A stretch of DNA of 64,000 bases from an uncultured Burkholderiaceae bacterium (lineage in GTDB: Bacteria > Pseudomonadota > Gammaproteobacteria > Burkholderiales > Burkholderiaceae_C), in NCBI GenBank assembly GCA_965653625.1, contig CBFHAS010000002.1, positions 2,335-66,334 of the forward strand, in the 5' to 3' direction. This document shows, in pieces, positions 49,282-57,500 of the stretch. Each line of letters starts with the position of its first letter. The stretch's first letter is position 1. Under the pieces are notes generated by a model. That model was not told where the DNA came from, ran no database searches, and worked only from the letters and a program-made list of their open reading frames with translations. The translations under genes were made by a program, and so were the position numbers.

Positions 49282-49907
49282 TGGGTGTTGCAAGCCCCGT
49301 TGGACGTGAACATGGCGCTGCTGCCGGCGCTGCTGAACTCATCCTGGCCCTGCCCCACCGGATGCGTGATCCAGTACTGGATCAGCCGGGCATTCGGGTC
49401 TTGCGTGCTCTCGAAGATGAGCCCGCCCCCGTGCAACACCTGCATCACCAGCGGCTTGGTGAGAAGCCGGCTCTGCAGTGGCGTGCCCACGAGCACCGAG
49501 CCGCGCGCCGAGTAGTAGTTCTTGTACATGTCGGTCGCACGGATCGCCTCTGGCGTGTTCGCCGGGTCATCCACATCGACTTCGGCAGCCGCCGGAATGA
49601 CCCGGAAGGCGCCGCCGGTGCCGGTGGCGTTGTCATGGCAACCCGAGGAGGCACATGTGTTGGTGGACACCACACCCCCCTGTTGGATCTGCAACTGGGC
49701 CAGGAAGATCGGGTTGATGCACTTCTGGAAGTACACGAACGACAGCGACTGGCCCGTGATGCTTCCCGGGTTCTCGACCAGCGGAGGGTTGTCCAGCGGG
49801 TTCGAACCCGAGCCGCCACACGCGGTCAGCGCGAGCGCGAGTGCGGCCACGCCGAACGTGTGTCGCAGGGCAAGCGCACCGCGACGCCTCAGACGAAGGA
49901 TCGGCAT
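49278..49907 (-). CDS. Putative c-type heme lipoprotein (CX4CH)
   Basis: Lipobox LTAC; INPIF...TCASSGCH...SRLLTKP...LHGGG...IQYWI. Confidence 0.7.
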   Translation of the reverse strand: MPILRLRRRGALALRHTFGVAALALALTACGGSGSNPLDNPPLVENPGSITGQSLSFVYFQKCINPIFLAQLQIQQGGVVSTNTCASSGCHDNATGTGGAFRVIPAAAEVDVDDPANTPEAIRATDMYKNYYSARGSVLVGTPLQSRLLTKPLVMQVLHGGGLIFESTQDPNARLIQYWITHPVGQGQDEFSSAGSSAMFTSNGACNTQ

Positions 49908-49909
49908 GG

Positions 49910-52900
49910 TCAGGGGCAGCCTCCCTGGATCCAATTGAAGATGGTGGTGTAGCTGGCACTGCCCGCCGGCAGCACGGCAGTGCCCTGCCCCTGCGCGCCC
50001 GCGGGATGCGGCACCGTGGACGGACGCGATAGCAATGAATTAGACCCCGCATTGCACGCGTCGTTGATCATCGTCAGCGTGACGTTGTAGTCACCTTCCG
50101 GGTCACCGGTCAGCACGAAGCGGTTGTTGTTGAACGACGTGCCCGCCGCCACGCCATCGGCACCGCTGCCCACAGCCTGGTGGCAGCCCGACGCGCAGGT
50201 GCTGCGCAAGATGGGGAACACCTGCGAGTTGAATGTCGTCTCGCTGAGTCCGCTGATGGTGAGCACGCCGTTGCCGGGGCTCATCGGGTCGTTGTAGTAC
50301 TGCCCACCCAGATCCATCCACTCGGCGAGAAGGCGCTTCTCGGCCGCGTTGAGCATGGTCGCGTGATTCGGCGCGCCAGCCGGCGGATTTGGATGCGCTT
50401 CGAATGCGTCTGCGCCGGTCATGAGCCGCTCGCCGAAGAGGATTTCGGTGAGCCGGCTCTTGCGCGCCAAGCCCACGGCATCTCCTTCGCTGGCTTCGGT
50501 GCTCACGAGCGCCGGGCCGCGCTCAACCACCGGCACGCCGTCTTCGATGCGGGTGCGCGGCAGGCCGGTGTCGGTGTCGATCACCGGATCGCCCAACAGC
50601 AGTTCCTCATAAGAGGTGAGCCGGCCGGTGCCGGCCACGCCATTGCGCAGATCAAGCTTGGCCGGGTCGTTGTGGCACGCGGTGCAGGTGTTGGCGCCAC
50701 GGTTGCGCGCCCACAGGGGCTGGATGTGCTCGGGGTAGTTGATGATCCCGTTCACCGGCACCGCTGTGGCCAGGTCGTCAGCGGCGTTCGCGTTGCCGGT
50801 GTAGCGCAGAGAAATGGCGGTGCGCGCGGTGACGCCAGGCTTGGCGGTGTCGGCCCAACGATCGGTCCACAGCAGGTCGGCGAGACGGTTCAGCGCCGTG
50901 GGATCGTCCCGCGTCAGCGTGGAAGCCATTGTTTCGCCGGAACGATGCTTGGAGGCCATGGCAGCCAGCCAGCCTTCAGGCACGTTGTTCACGATGGCGC
51001 CGGAGTTCAGCGCAGCCCCGCGACGCGGGCTGTGGCAACCGTCGCAGGTGCGCCGCTCGCCGGGGCGCACCTGGATCCAGTTGGTGTGGGTCTGGAAGGC
51101 GCGACCTTTTTCGTCGATGACCGCCAGCGCGATCGGCACGTCGGCCGGCACCTTCAGCTTGAACGACCCATCGGGCTCGATGGGCATGTAGCCAAGGATC
51201 TGCTGCATCTCGAAGTCGGTTTCGCCAATGGCGCGACGCAGTCCCATGCTGCCGGACGGTGGAGCCACCGCGCGGGTGACGCGCACGAAACGCGCAGGCG
51301 CGCAGCGATAGGCCGGATCGGCCGGGTTTTTCATGCGCACCAGATCAGCCACCAGCGGCCTCGTGTCCAGCGTGTCGCTCGGGGCGATCTTGGGGATGGC
51401 GGTAGTGCAGCCCGGCGCGAGGTCGGCCGCTGTCAGCACTGGGTCACCCATGCGCCCGAGGCCATCGGTGTCGTAAACGCTGCGAACTTCGAGCAGGCCC
51501 TCGTTTGCGGTAGCAAGGTCGTCGTCGATTTGGGTCGGGTCGACCACGTTCGGCTCGTCGCGCGCCAGCAGCGCGACCGGGTCGGTGTACATGTACTCGG
51601 ACCCGCCGGGTGTCGCCACCGGACGCCACTTCTTCTCTGCCGGGTCGAACATGTAGATTGCGTAGGCGGGCGGCGCGGTGTCCTGCAGTTCATCGGCCTG
51701 CGCCTCGGCACGCGAGCGGTTTCGGTTGGAAAGCCTCGCGAGTTCATCATCGGTGAGTTCGGCGCAGGGAATCACGTCGCCATTGCGCGTGACTTCACAG
51801 GGCCGGAACGCTGCGAGCACACGGTCGGTGCCGTCCCACAGCGGGTACGGGGTGGTGACGCGCCCGAAGCGCGACAGCCCCCGCCCGATGCTCAGTTGCT
51901 TCTCGGGCTCTGTGGGCTGCGACTGGCCGCCCTGCGCCGGCACGAGCGAACTGCTCGGCGTGTTGTGCTCCGAGTAGTTCGCAACGTCGACGAACACCAG
52001 CGCGCCGCCCTCCCTCGTGCCCGACAGCGGCATGAGGTCCGACGACACGAAGCCTTTGTACTGACCCTTGGGATCCATGTCGCGCGGATGCAGGAAGCTG
52101 TTGCCTTCGCTGTGCGCGCCGTACAGCACAAACATGTCGGTGCCATCGGGCTTCACGCGGAAGATCTTGAAGTGGTTGCGCCCGCCGACGTGATCCCAGC
52201 GCGAGAACATGATGTCACCGTTGGGCCTCACCACCGGGTTGCGGTCGTGGCTCTGGTTCACCGAGATCTGAACGATGTTGCCGCCATCGGCATCCATGGT
52301 GTGCAGGTTCATCACCCGCTCGCGCTCGTATTCATCGAGCGCGAAGTAGGTGCGGTCCAGCGCCTGCTTGCTCGACTGCAGCTGACGGTTCGACGTGAAC
52401 ACGAAGCCGCGCCCACCAGGAAGATAGACCGGGTCGGCGTCGTCGTCCTGCGTGGAGTGCGTCAGGCGGCGGAACGTACCGTTGGCCAGGTCGCTGTCGG
52501 TGGTGTCGTATTCCCAGATATTCCATCGCCCGGTACAGGCAGGCTGCCCTTCGATGGTGGACGTGTTGTCCGTCGGGCATCGCATGGCGAAGACGATTTT
52601 CTTGCCGTCGTACGACACCTCGGGGTCGGAGGCGTCTCCTTTACCCTGCGTGAAGCGCTCGGTGATGTTGATCTCCGGCGCGCTGGGCGAGGACTTCTCC
52701 CGAATGATGAGGTCACCGCCGGGCGCGGTGGGTGCGCCGTTGGTGGGATTCGCCTCGATTTCGGTGGATCGCTTCACATAGGCGATGGGCACATCGCCCT
52801 GCACCGTCACTTCGCCACTGCCGCTGCCGCAGCCCCCCACGGCCCCGACGAGCGTGGCTACGGCCAGTGCGAACGCACCCCTGCCTCCGATGTATTTCAT
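49910..52900 (-). CDS. Hydrazine synthase alpha-like lipoprotein: PD40/TolB propeller + HZS-alpha-like middle domain + cytochrome c domains
   Basis: Lipobox VGGC; PD40-like repeats (DPEVSYDGKKIVF, DPVYLPGGRGFVFTS, NPVVRPNGDIMFSRWDH); PIEPDGSF...VPAD...WIQVRPGERRTCDGCH; CTACH; CASGCH. Confidence 0.78.
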   Translation of the reverse strand: MKYIGGRGAFALAVATLVGAVGGCGSGSGEVTVQGDVPIAYVKRSTEIEANPTNGAPTAPGGDLIIREKSSPSAPEINITERFTQGKGDASDPEVSYDGKKIVFAMRCPTDNTSTIEGQPACTGRWNIWEYDTTDSDLANGTFRRLTHSTQDDDADPVYLPGGRGFVFTSNRQLQSSKQALDRTYFALDEYERERVMNLHTMDADGGNIVQISVNQSHDRNPVVRPNGDIMFSRWDHVGGRNHFKIFRVKPDGTDMFVLYGAHSEGNSFLHPRDMDPKGQYKGFVSSDLMPLSGTREGGALVFVDVANYSEHNTPSSSLVPAQGGQSQPTEPEKQLSIGRGLSRFGRVTTPYPLWDGTDRVLAAFRPCEVTRNGDVIPCAELTDDELARLSNRNRSRAEAQADELQDTAPPAYAIYMFDPAEKKWRPVATPGGSEYMYTDPVALLARDEPNVVDPTQIDDDLATANEGLLEVRSVYDTDGLGRMGDPVLTAADLAPGCTTAIPKIAPSDTLDTRPLVADLVRMKNPADPAYRCAPARFVRVTRAVAPPSGSMGLRRAIGETDFEMQQILGYMPIEPDGSFKLKVPADVPIALAVIDEKGRAFQTHTNWIQVRPGERRTCDGCHSPRRGAALNSGAIVNNVPEGWLAAMASKHRSGETMASTLTRDDPTALNRLADLLWTDRWADTAKPGVTARTAISLRYTGNANAADDLATAVPVNGIINYPEHIQPLWARNRGANTCTACHNDPAKLDLRNGVAGTGRLTSYEELLLGDPVIDTDTGLPRTRIEDGVPVVERGPALVSTEASEGDAVGLARKSRLTEILFGERLMTGADAFEAHPNPPAGAPNHATMLNAAEKRLLAEWMDLGGQYYNDPMSPGNGVLTISGLSETTFNSQVFPILRSTCASGCHQAVGSGADGVAAGTSFNNNRFVLTGDPEGDYNVTLTMINDACNAGSNSLLSRPSTVPHPAGAQGQGTAVLPAGSASYTTIFNWIQGGCP

Positions 52901-52940
52901 GGTTCCCCTCAACTGTTCCGATTCGACGAGCGAGTCGCGT

Positions 52941-53936
52941 TCATGCCGGTTTGGCTGGCGCGGCGGCCAGCAGCCCGGACGAGTAATGCAGTTCTCCAGC
53001 AGCGTCGACCACGACAGCGTCGACTCCCTCCAGCGACTCCACGAGCCGCATTCCTTGTTCGACGCCCAGCACGAACACCGTCTTCGACATCGCCTCGGTG
53101 GTCAGGCCGTCGGCGGCGACGATGGTCACGCTGTGCACGCCCGACGGTGACTTGCCCGTCTTCGGGTCGATGAGGTGATGGCACCGCTCGCCGTTCACCT
53201 CGAAGTAGCGCTCGTAATCGCCTGATGTGGAGAGGGCCAGGTCTTCGAGCGGCAACATGGCCACGACCTCTCCTTCCCGCCGCGGATGGCGGATGCCGAT
53301 GGTCCAAGGCCGGCCCCGCCGGTCGCCAATCACACGGCTGTCGCCGCCGGCAGTCACGATGGCATGGGCAATGCCACGTCGGCGCAAGATGGCCGCACCC
53401 ATCTCCACCGCATGGCCCTTGGCGAAACCGCCGAGATCGATGCGAACACCTTCGCGGGCGAAACGAACGCTGCGGTGCCGAGGATCGAGCTCCAGGTGTC
53501 GCCAGCCGACGGCGTCGCGGGCGCGTGCCAAAGCGTCTTCAGTCGGCCGCACGCCTTGCCGGTAGTCGTACAGCTGGCCGGCACTCGCAAAGGTGATGTC
53601 GAACGCGCCACCCGACAGACTCGAGAATTCGATGGCGCAGGCCAGCAGGTGGAAAAGTTCCTCGCTCACCGGTACCGGCGCGGCGGCGGCCTCGCGGTTG
53701 ATGCGGGAGAGATCCGAGTCGGGCCTGAATGGGCTCATGGCGCGGTCGATGCGGTGCATCTCGGCCATGACCGCATCGATGGCCGCCTCTCCGGCCGGGC
53801 GATCCTCGCTCCACAGCTCCACGCGGATGGCGGTGCCCATGATCGCCTCGTCGCGTGCGAGCCAACCGGCCTCTGCACGGGCGCGAGAACCACTCGAACC
53901 GGCGTGCGGCGCCGGCGCCAGGAACCCGAAGCGCAT
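52941..53936 (-). CDS. apbE: FAD:protein FMN transferase
   Basis: MGT, IDLGGFAKG, AGGD, STSGDYERYF, HHLIDPKTG. Confidence 0.93.
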   Translation of the reverse strand: MRFGFLAPAPHAGSSGSRARAEAGWLARDEAIMGTAIRVELWSEDRPAGEAAIDAVMAEMHRIDRAMSPFRPDSDLSRINREAAAAPVPVSEELFHLLACAIEFSSLSGGAFDITFASAGQLYDYRQGVRPTEDALARARDAVGWRHLELDPRHRSVRFAREGVRIDLGGFAKGHAVEMGAAILRRRGIAHAIVTAGGDSRVIGDRRGRPWTIGIRHPRREGEVVAMLPLEDLALSTSGDYERYFEVNGERCHHLIDPKTGKSPSGVHSVTIVAADGLTTEAMSKTVFVLGVEQGMRLVESLEGVDAVVVDAAGELHYSSGLLAAAPAKPA

Positions 53937-54310
53937 GGCTAGGGTCGGCTCCGAACCGCGAAACTGAACGAACTCCAACCCTCACCGAATGGCTGCACGC
54001 CGTTTCTCGCTCGTTTGTTTATTGACAGACGCACACGGCGTCCTGGAGAGCAACCACGCAGTTCACGTGCCCGCACAACGGGGCGCATCTTGAGGCTGTC
54101 GGGCGGGCGAATTCGTCAAACTCCCTGCAAAAGGCGCAGTTTTTACATCAGGACGCGGAAGAAACATGACGCTTTTTGGCGCGTGTGCATACAAGCAATT
54201 CATCTGTGTACGAACGCAACGAGAATCGCTTCAGAACCGGCTGGTCCGTTTATTGCGGCCTCGCAGGGTTGCGCAGCGCACTGCCGTGCCGACATTTCGC
54301 CACTGCCTCA

Positions 54311-54964
54311 GTGACCCGATCACCCTCCACCGCCGCGCCGCGCCTGAGCGCCATCGACCTCGCCTGCCGACGCGGTACCCGGTTGCTCTTCCAGCACCTG
54401 GCCTTCGACCTCGCACCAGGACAGCTCGCCTGGGTGCGAGGACACAACGGGCGCGGCAAGACAAGTCTGTTGCGCTTGGCGGCCGGGCTGTCGTCACCGG
54501 AGCACGGCCAGATCCTGTACGACGGCAAGCCTGCGCGGCGCCTGCACGACGAGCATGGGCTGCCCCTTTTCATCGCGCATGCCAACGCGCTGAAGGACGA
54601 CCTCACCGCCTCGGAATCGCTGCAGTTCCTGCTGCGGCTGCATGGGCGCGCCTGGGATGGCGCCACCATCCAGACCGCGCTGCAGCGCCTGGGCTTGCTG
54701 GGCCGCCGCGATGCGCCGGTTCGGACCCTGTCGCAGGGGCAGCGGCGGCGCGTGGCACTCGCGCGTCTGGCGGTGGAAGAAGAGCCCTCGCTGTGGATCT
54801 TGGACGAGCCCTTTGATGCGCTGGACGCCGGGGGCGTGGCCCTGCTGAACCAGCTGCTCGCCGGCCACCTGGCTCGCAGTGGCAACGTGCTGCTCACAAG
54901 CCACCTTCCGCTCGACGCGGATCTCCTGCGCCCAATGCACATCGATCTGGATGCATTCGCCTGA
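54311..54964 (+). CDS. ccmA: Heme ABC exporter ATPase CcmA
   Basis: GHNGRGKT, LSQGQRRRVALARL, WILDEPF; GTG start inferred. Confidence 0.9.
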   Translation: MTRSPSTAAPRLSAIDLACRRGTRLLFQHLAFDLAPGQLAWVRGHNGRGKTSLLRLAAGLSSPEHGQILYDGKPARRLHDEHGLPLFIAHANALKDDLTASESLQFLLRLHGRAWDGATIQTALQRLGLLGRRDAPVRTLSQGQRRRVALARLAVEEEPSLWILDEPFDALDAGGVALLNQLLAGHLARSGNVLLTSHLPLDADLLRPMHIDLDAFA

Positions 54965-54965
54965 C

Positions 54966-55634
54966 ATGGCCGACCTGTTCCTTGCCGTCTATGCGCGCGA
55001 TGTCCGTCTCGCTCTGCGCCGACGCATCGAGGCCTTGCTGCCGGTGGCCTTCTTCGTGGTCGCGGCAAGCCTCTTTCCGCTCGGCGTCGGGCCCGAGCCC
55101 CAAATGCTGCGCGCCATAGCGCCGGGCGTGGTGTGGGTGAGTGCCTTGCTGGCCGCCATGCTGTCCCTGGGCACCCTGTACGGCGGCGACCATGCCGATG
55201 GCTCGCTCGAACAGATGCTGCTTGCGGGTGGCAGCGCGGTGGGTGTGGCCGCGGCCAAGGCCGCCGCACACTGGACGCTTACCGGCGCGCCATTGGTCGC
55301 TGCGGCGCCCGTGATAGGGCTGTTGTTCGGCATGCCAGCCGATGCGATTGGCGTGCTGGTGCTGTCGCTGCTGCTCGGCACGCCCACGCTCAGCCTACTG
55401 GGCTCAGTGGGCGCGGCGCTCACCCTGGGTTTACGCAGCGCCGGCCTGCTCATGATTCTGGTCGTGCTGCCGTTGGCCATCCCTGCGCTGGTGTTCGGCA
55501 CCGGTGCCGTGGTGGCGGTGGAGGCCGGCCTGTCGGCCGAGGGGCATTTCTCCATCCTCGGAGCGCTATTGATCTTCGCTGCACTCACCGCCCTGCCGGC
55601 CACCGCCGCGGCCCTGCGTATCGCCGTGGAGTGA
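54966..55634 (+). CDS. ccmB: Heme exporter permease CcmB
   Basis: LFPLGVGPE, DHADGSLEQ, HWTLTGAP, LPLAIPALVFG. Confidence 0.92.
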   Translation: MADLFLAVYARDVRLALRRRIEALLPVAFFVVAASLFPLGVGPEPQMLRAIAPGVVWVSALLAAMLSLGTLYGGDHADGSLEQMLLAGGSAVGVAAAKAAAHWTLTGAPLVAAAPVIGLLFGMPADAIGVLVLSLLLGTPTLSLLGSVGAALTLGLRSAGLLMILVVLPLAIPALVFGTGAVVAVEAGLSAEGHFSILGALLIFAALTALPATAAALRIAVE

Positions 55635-55678
55635 ACAGGGCAGCGCAACCGTCTTGCTGCGACGCTGTTCCCACGCCC

Positions 55679-55720
55679 AAAAACAAGACGCCCCCGGACA
55701 GCCGAAGCCGTGCGGGGGCG
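55679..55720 (-). terminator. Probable Rho-independent terminator of phaP
   Basis: CGCCCCCG...CGGGGGCG stem with adjacent A-run (U-tract on minus strand). Confidence 0.6.
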
Positions 55721-55761
55721 AAAGCGGCGCCGGATCACCGGCGCCGGAGGTTCAACTGATC

Positions 55762-56307
55762 TCAGGAGCCGCGCTTGGCGCGCGAACCGGTGGCCTTCGA
55801 CACGGTGCCGCTCACCGCTTCGACGTTGGCCTCGGCCACGTCGGCGGCCTGCTTGACGGCCTTCTGGATGGTGTCGTAAGCGCTGCTGGCAGCGGCCACG
55901 GCCGACTTCACGAAAGCCACGGCGTTGTCGGTGCCCGCGGGCGCGTTCTTGGCAGCCTGCTCCAGCGTGGCAGCGAAGGCGGTGCGCGCGTCAGCGGCGC
56001 TTTCCTCAACGATGCGAGCGATTTCGGCGTTGGTCGCCGAAACGATGTCATAGACCTGACGGCCGTAGGCGGAGAACTTGTCCACGTTCGGCTGCAGCGC
56101 GGCGGTCTGCAGGGCGAACAGGCTGGAGGCGTCCTTTGCGCCGAACAGGCTCTGGCTGGCTTCCTGAACTTCGGCCAGTGAAGCCCGGCCGGCTTGCAGG
56201 TTCAACTGGGCCAGCTTCTCGACGCCTTCCAGCGTCTTGGCGGCGATGCTCAACACATTGCCCACTGTGGTCTTCTGGGCGGCTGTAAGTTGCTCAACGG
56301 TCAACAT
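55762..56307 (-). CDS. phaP: Phasin (PHA granule protein)
   Basis: MLTVEQLTAAQK...EGVEKLAQLNLQ...KFSAYGRQVYDI...NAPAG. Confidence 0.92.
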   Translation of the reverse strand: MLTVEQLTAAQKTTVGNVLSIAAKTLEGVEKLAQLNLQAGRASLAEVQEASQSLFGAKDASSLFALQTAALQPNVDKFSAYGRQVYDIVSATNAEIARIVEESAADARTAFAATLEQAAKNAPAGTDNAVAFVKSAVAAASSAYDTIQKAVKQAADVAEANVEAVSGTVSKATGSRAKRGS

Positions 56308-56343
56308 GGTCGGGGGATCCTATGGACTGATGGAGGAGGAGTG

Positions 56344-56360
56344 ATGCTGCACTGCAGCAT
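56344..56360. promoter_or_regulatory. Putative PhaR operator upstream of phaP
   Basis: Perfect inverted repeat ATGCTGC-act-GCAGCAT containing CTGC-N3-GCAG. Confidence 0.6.
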
Positions 56361-56444
56361 GCAAGGATTCTAGGGGCTTTCCCAACGGATTCAAGCCCTT
56401 TTTGTGCTTTGCCGCATCGTTGCCGCATCGCACCGAACGCGACA

Positions 56445-57350
56445 TTAGGCAGGGAGCAGTTGGGCGCGAGCGGCCGTGGTCACAGCAGCGACGCATGGAT
56501 GGCGGATGCGGCGCTCCGCCGACACCGCGTAGAACTCCTCGACCAGTTCTTCACTGCGGCCCAGGACTTTCACTGCGTACTGCTCGCAGGTTTCGGCTTC
56601 GAGCACCGTGGGCGACATGAAAACCCCTCGGCCTTCGCGGCCAAAAGCCTTCATCAGCGCGGCGTCATCGAACTCCCCCACGGGCTGCGGGCGCACGCCC
56701 TGCTGCTCCAGCCAGAGTTCCAGCTTGCGGCGCATGGCTGACGATGAACCCTGGATCAGCATGGGCGCGCCATCAAGCACGTGCGGAAAGCGGCCCTTCA
56801 GTGTGCGCGCCAGCGCCGGTGCGGCAAAGAAGCTCATCGCCGTGCTGCCCAGCGCGTGGTTGAACGCCCGCACGCTGAACTGCCGGCTCATAGGTTCGTC
56901 GGCCATGACGAGGTCCAGCCTGTGCACCGCCAACTGTGCCAGCAGGTCCGGGAACTTGCCCTCGTGACAGATCATGCGGACCTGTGGTGCGGCGGCGAGT
57001 GCGGGCTCCAGCAGCCGGTAGGCGATGGCCTTGGGCACCGCGTCCGCGATGCCCACGCTGAACTCCAGCGCGCCGCCATCGGGGCGCGCCGGGCGGCCCA
57101 GAGCGGCCTCGAGTTCGGCCCCGATGGCGAAGATGCGATCGGCGTAGCCCAGCGCCACGCGGCCATCCTCCGTGAGCTCGACCGTGCGCCCTCGTTTTCG
57201 AAGCAGCTTGCAGCCTAATCGCTCCTCCAGCAGCTTGATCTGGCTGGAAAGCGTCTGGGGGCTGGTGTGCAGCTGCTCGCCGGCGCGCACCACGCCACCG
57301 GCCTGCGCCGTGGCCCAGAAGTAATACAGGTGCTTGAAGTTGATCGGCAT
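56445..57350 (-). CDS. nhaR: LysR-family regulator NhaR-like
   Basis: INFKHLYYFW...TSPQTLSSQIKLLE; VGIADAVPKAIAYRLL; GEFDDAALMKAFG. Confidence 0.88.
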   Translation of the reverse strand: MPINFKHLYYFWATAQAGGVVRAGEQLHTSPQTLSSQIKLLEERLGCKLLRKRGRTVELTEDGRVALGYADRIFAIGAELEAALGRPARPDGGALEFSVGIADAVPKAIAYRLLEPALAAAPQVRMICHEGKFPDLLAQLAVHRLDLVMADEPMSRQFSVRAFNHALGSTAMSFFAAPALARTLKGRFPHVLDGAPMLIQGSSSAMRRKLELWLEQQGVRPQPVGEFDDAALMKAFGREGRGVFMSPTVLEAETCEQYAVKVLGRSEELVEEFYAVSAERRIRHPCVAAVTTAARAQLLPA

Positions 57351-57391
57351 GCGGTGTGTGCCATGCGCATCATCTGCTGACGATGCGGTTT

Positions 57392-57425
57392 TTCGGAAAT
57401 ATGGAAGCTGTAAATTCGACTTTAC
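57392..57425. promoter_or_regulatory. Probable LysR binding region between nhaR and terC
   Basis: TTC-N9-GAA (contains T-N11-A) and GTAAA-N6-TTTAC inverted repeat in an AT-rich divergent spacer. Confidence 0.45.
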
Positions 57426-57500
57426 CGGACTCTTTCGGGCCCGTAGAGTGGCGCTTTGCGCCGCCGTGCGGCGCATCCCTCAACTCCACGCCGCATGCCC

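Noticed and set aside
41420-49515. Long plus-strand ORFs (41420-43504, 43149-45242, 45793-47178, 47293-49515)
   Set aside because: All lie antisense to the coupled minus-strand operon and show no recognisable domains.
49860-49907. RLRRRGAL as a Tat signal on the heme lipoprotein
   Set aside because: Poor match to S/T-R-R-x-F-L-K, and c-type cytochromes are normally Sec-exported; probably just a basic n-region.
49910-52900. Interpreting the HzsA-like gene as evidence of anammox
   Set aside because: No hzsB/hzsC or hydrazine dehydrogenase in the window; the host is a Burkholderiales-like heterotroph.
50180-53173. 997-aa plus-strand ORF opposite the HzsA-like gene
   Set aside because: Antisense shadow of a GC-rich gene; no motifs, and the minus-strand protein has coherent domains.
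54110-54145. GTCAAAC...GCAAAAGG...CGCAG, loosely like a c-di-GMP-I riboswitch
   Set aside because: P2/P3 stems and the GNRA/receptor elements could not be built, and it is on the wrong strand for the large operon.
36017-55634. Genomic-island or mobile origin of the Agl/Glt-redox operon
   Set aside because: No integrase, transposase, tRNA or flanking direct repeats seen, and composition looks like the rest of the window.
57351-57500. yybP-ykoY Mn riboswitch expected before terC
   Set aside because: The spacer is short, shared with nhaR, and lacks recognisable aptamer motifs.
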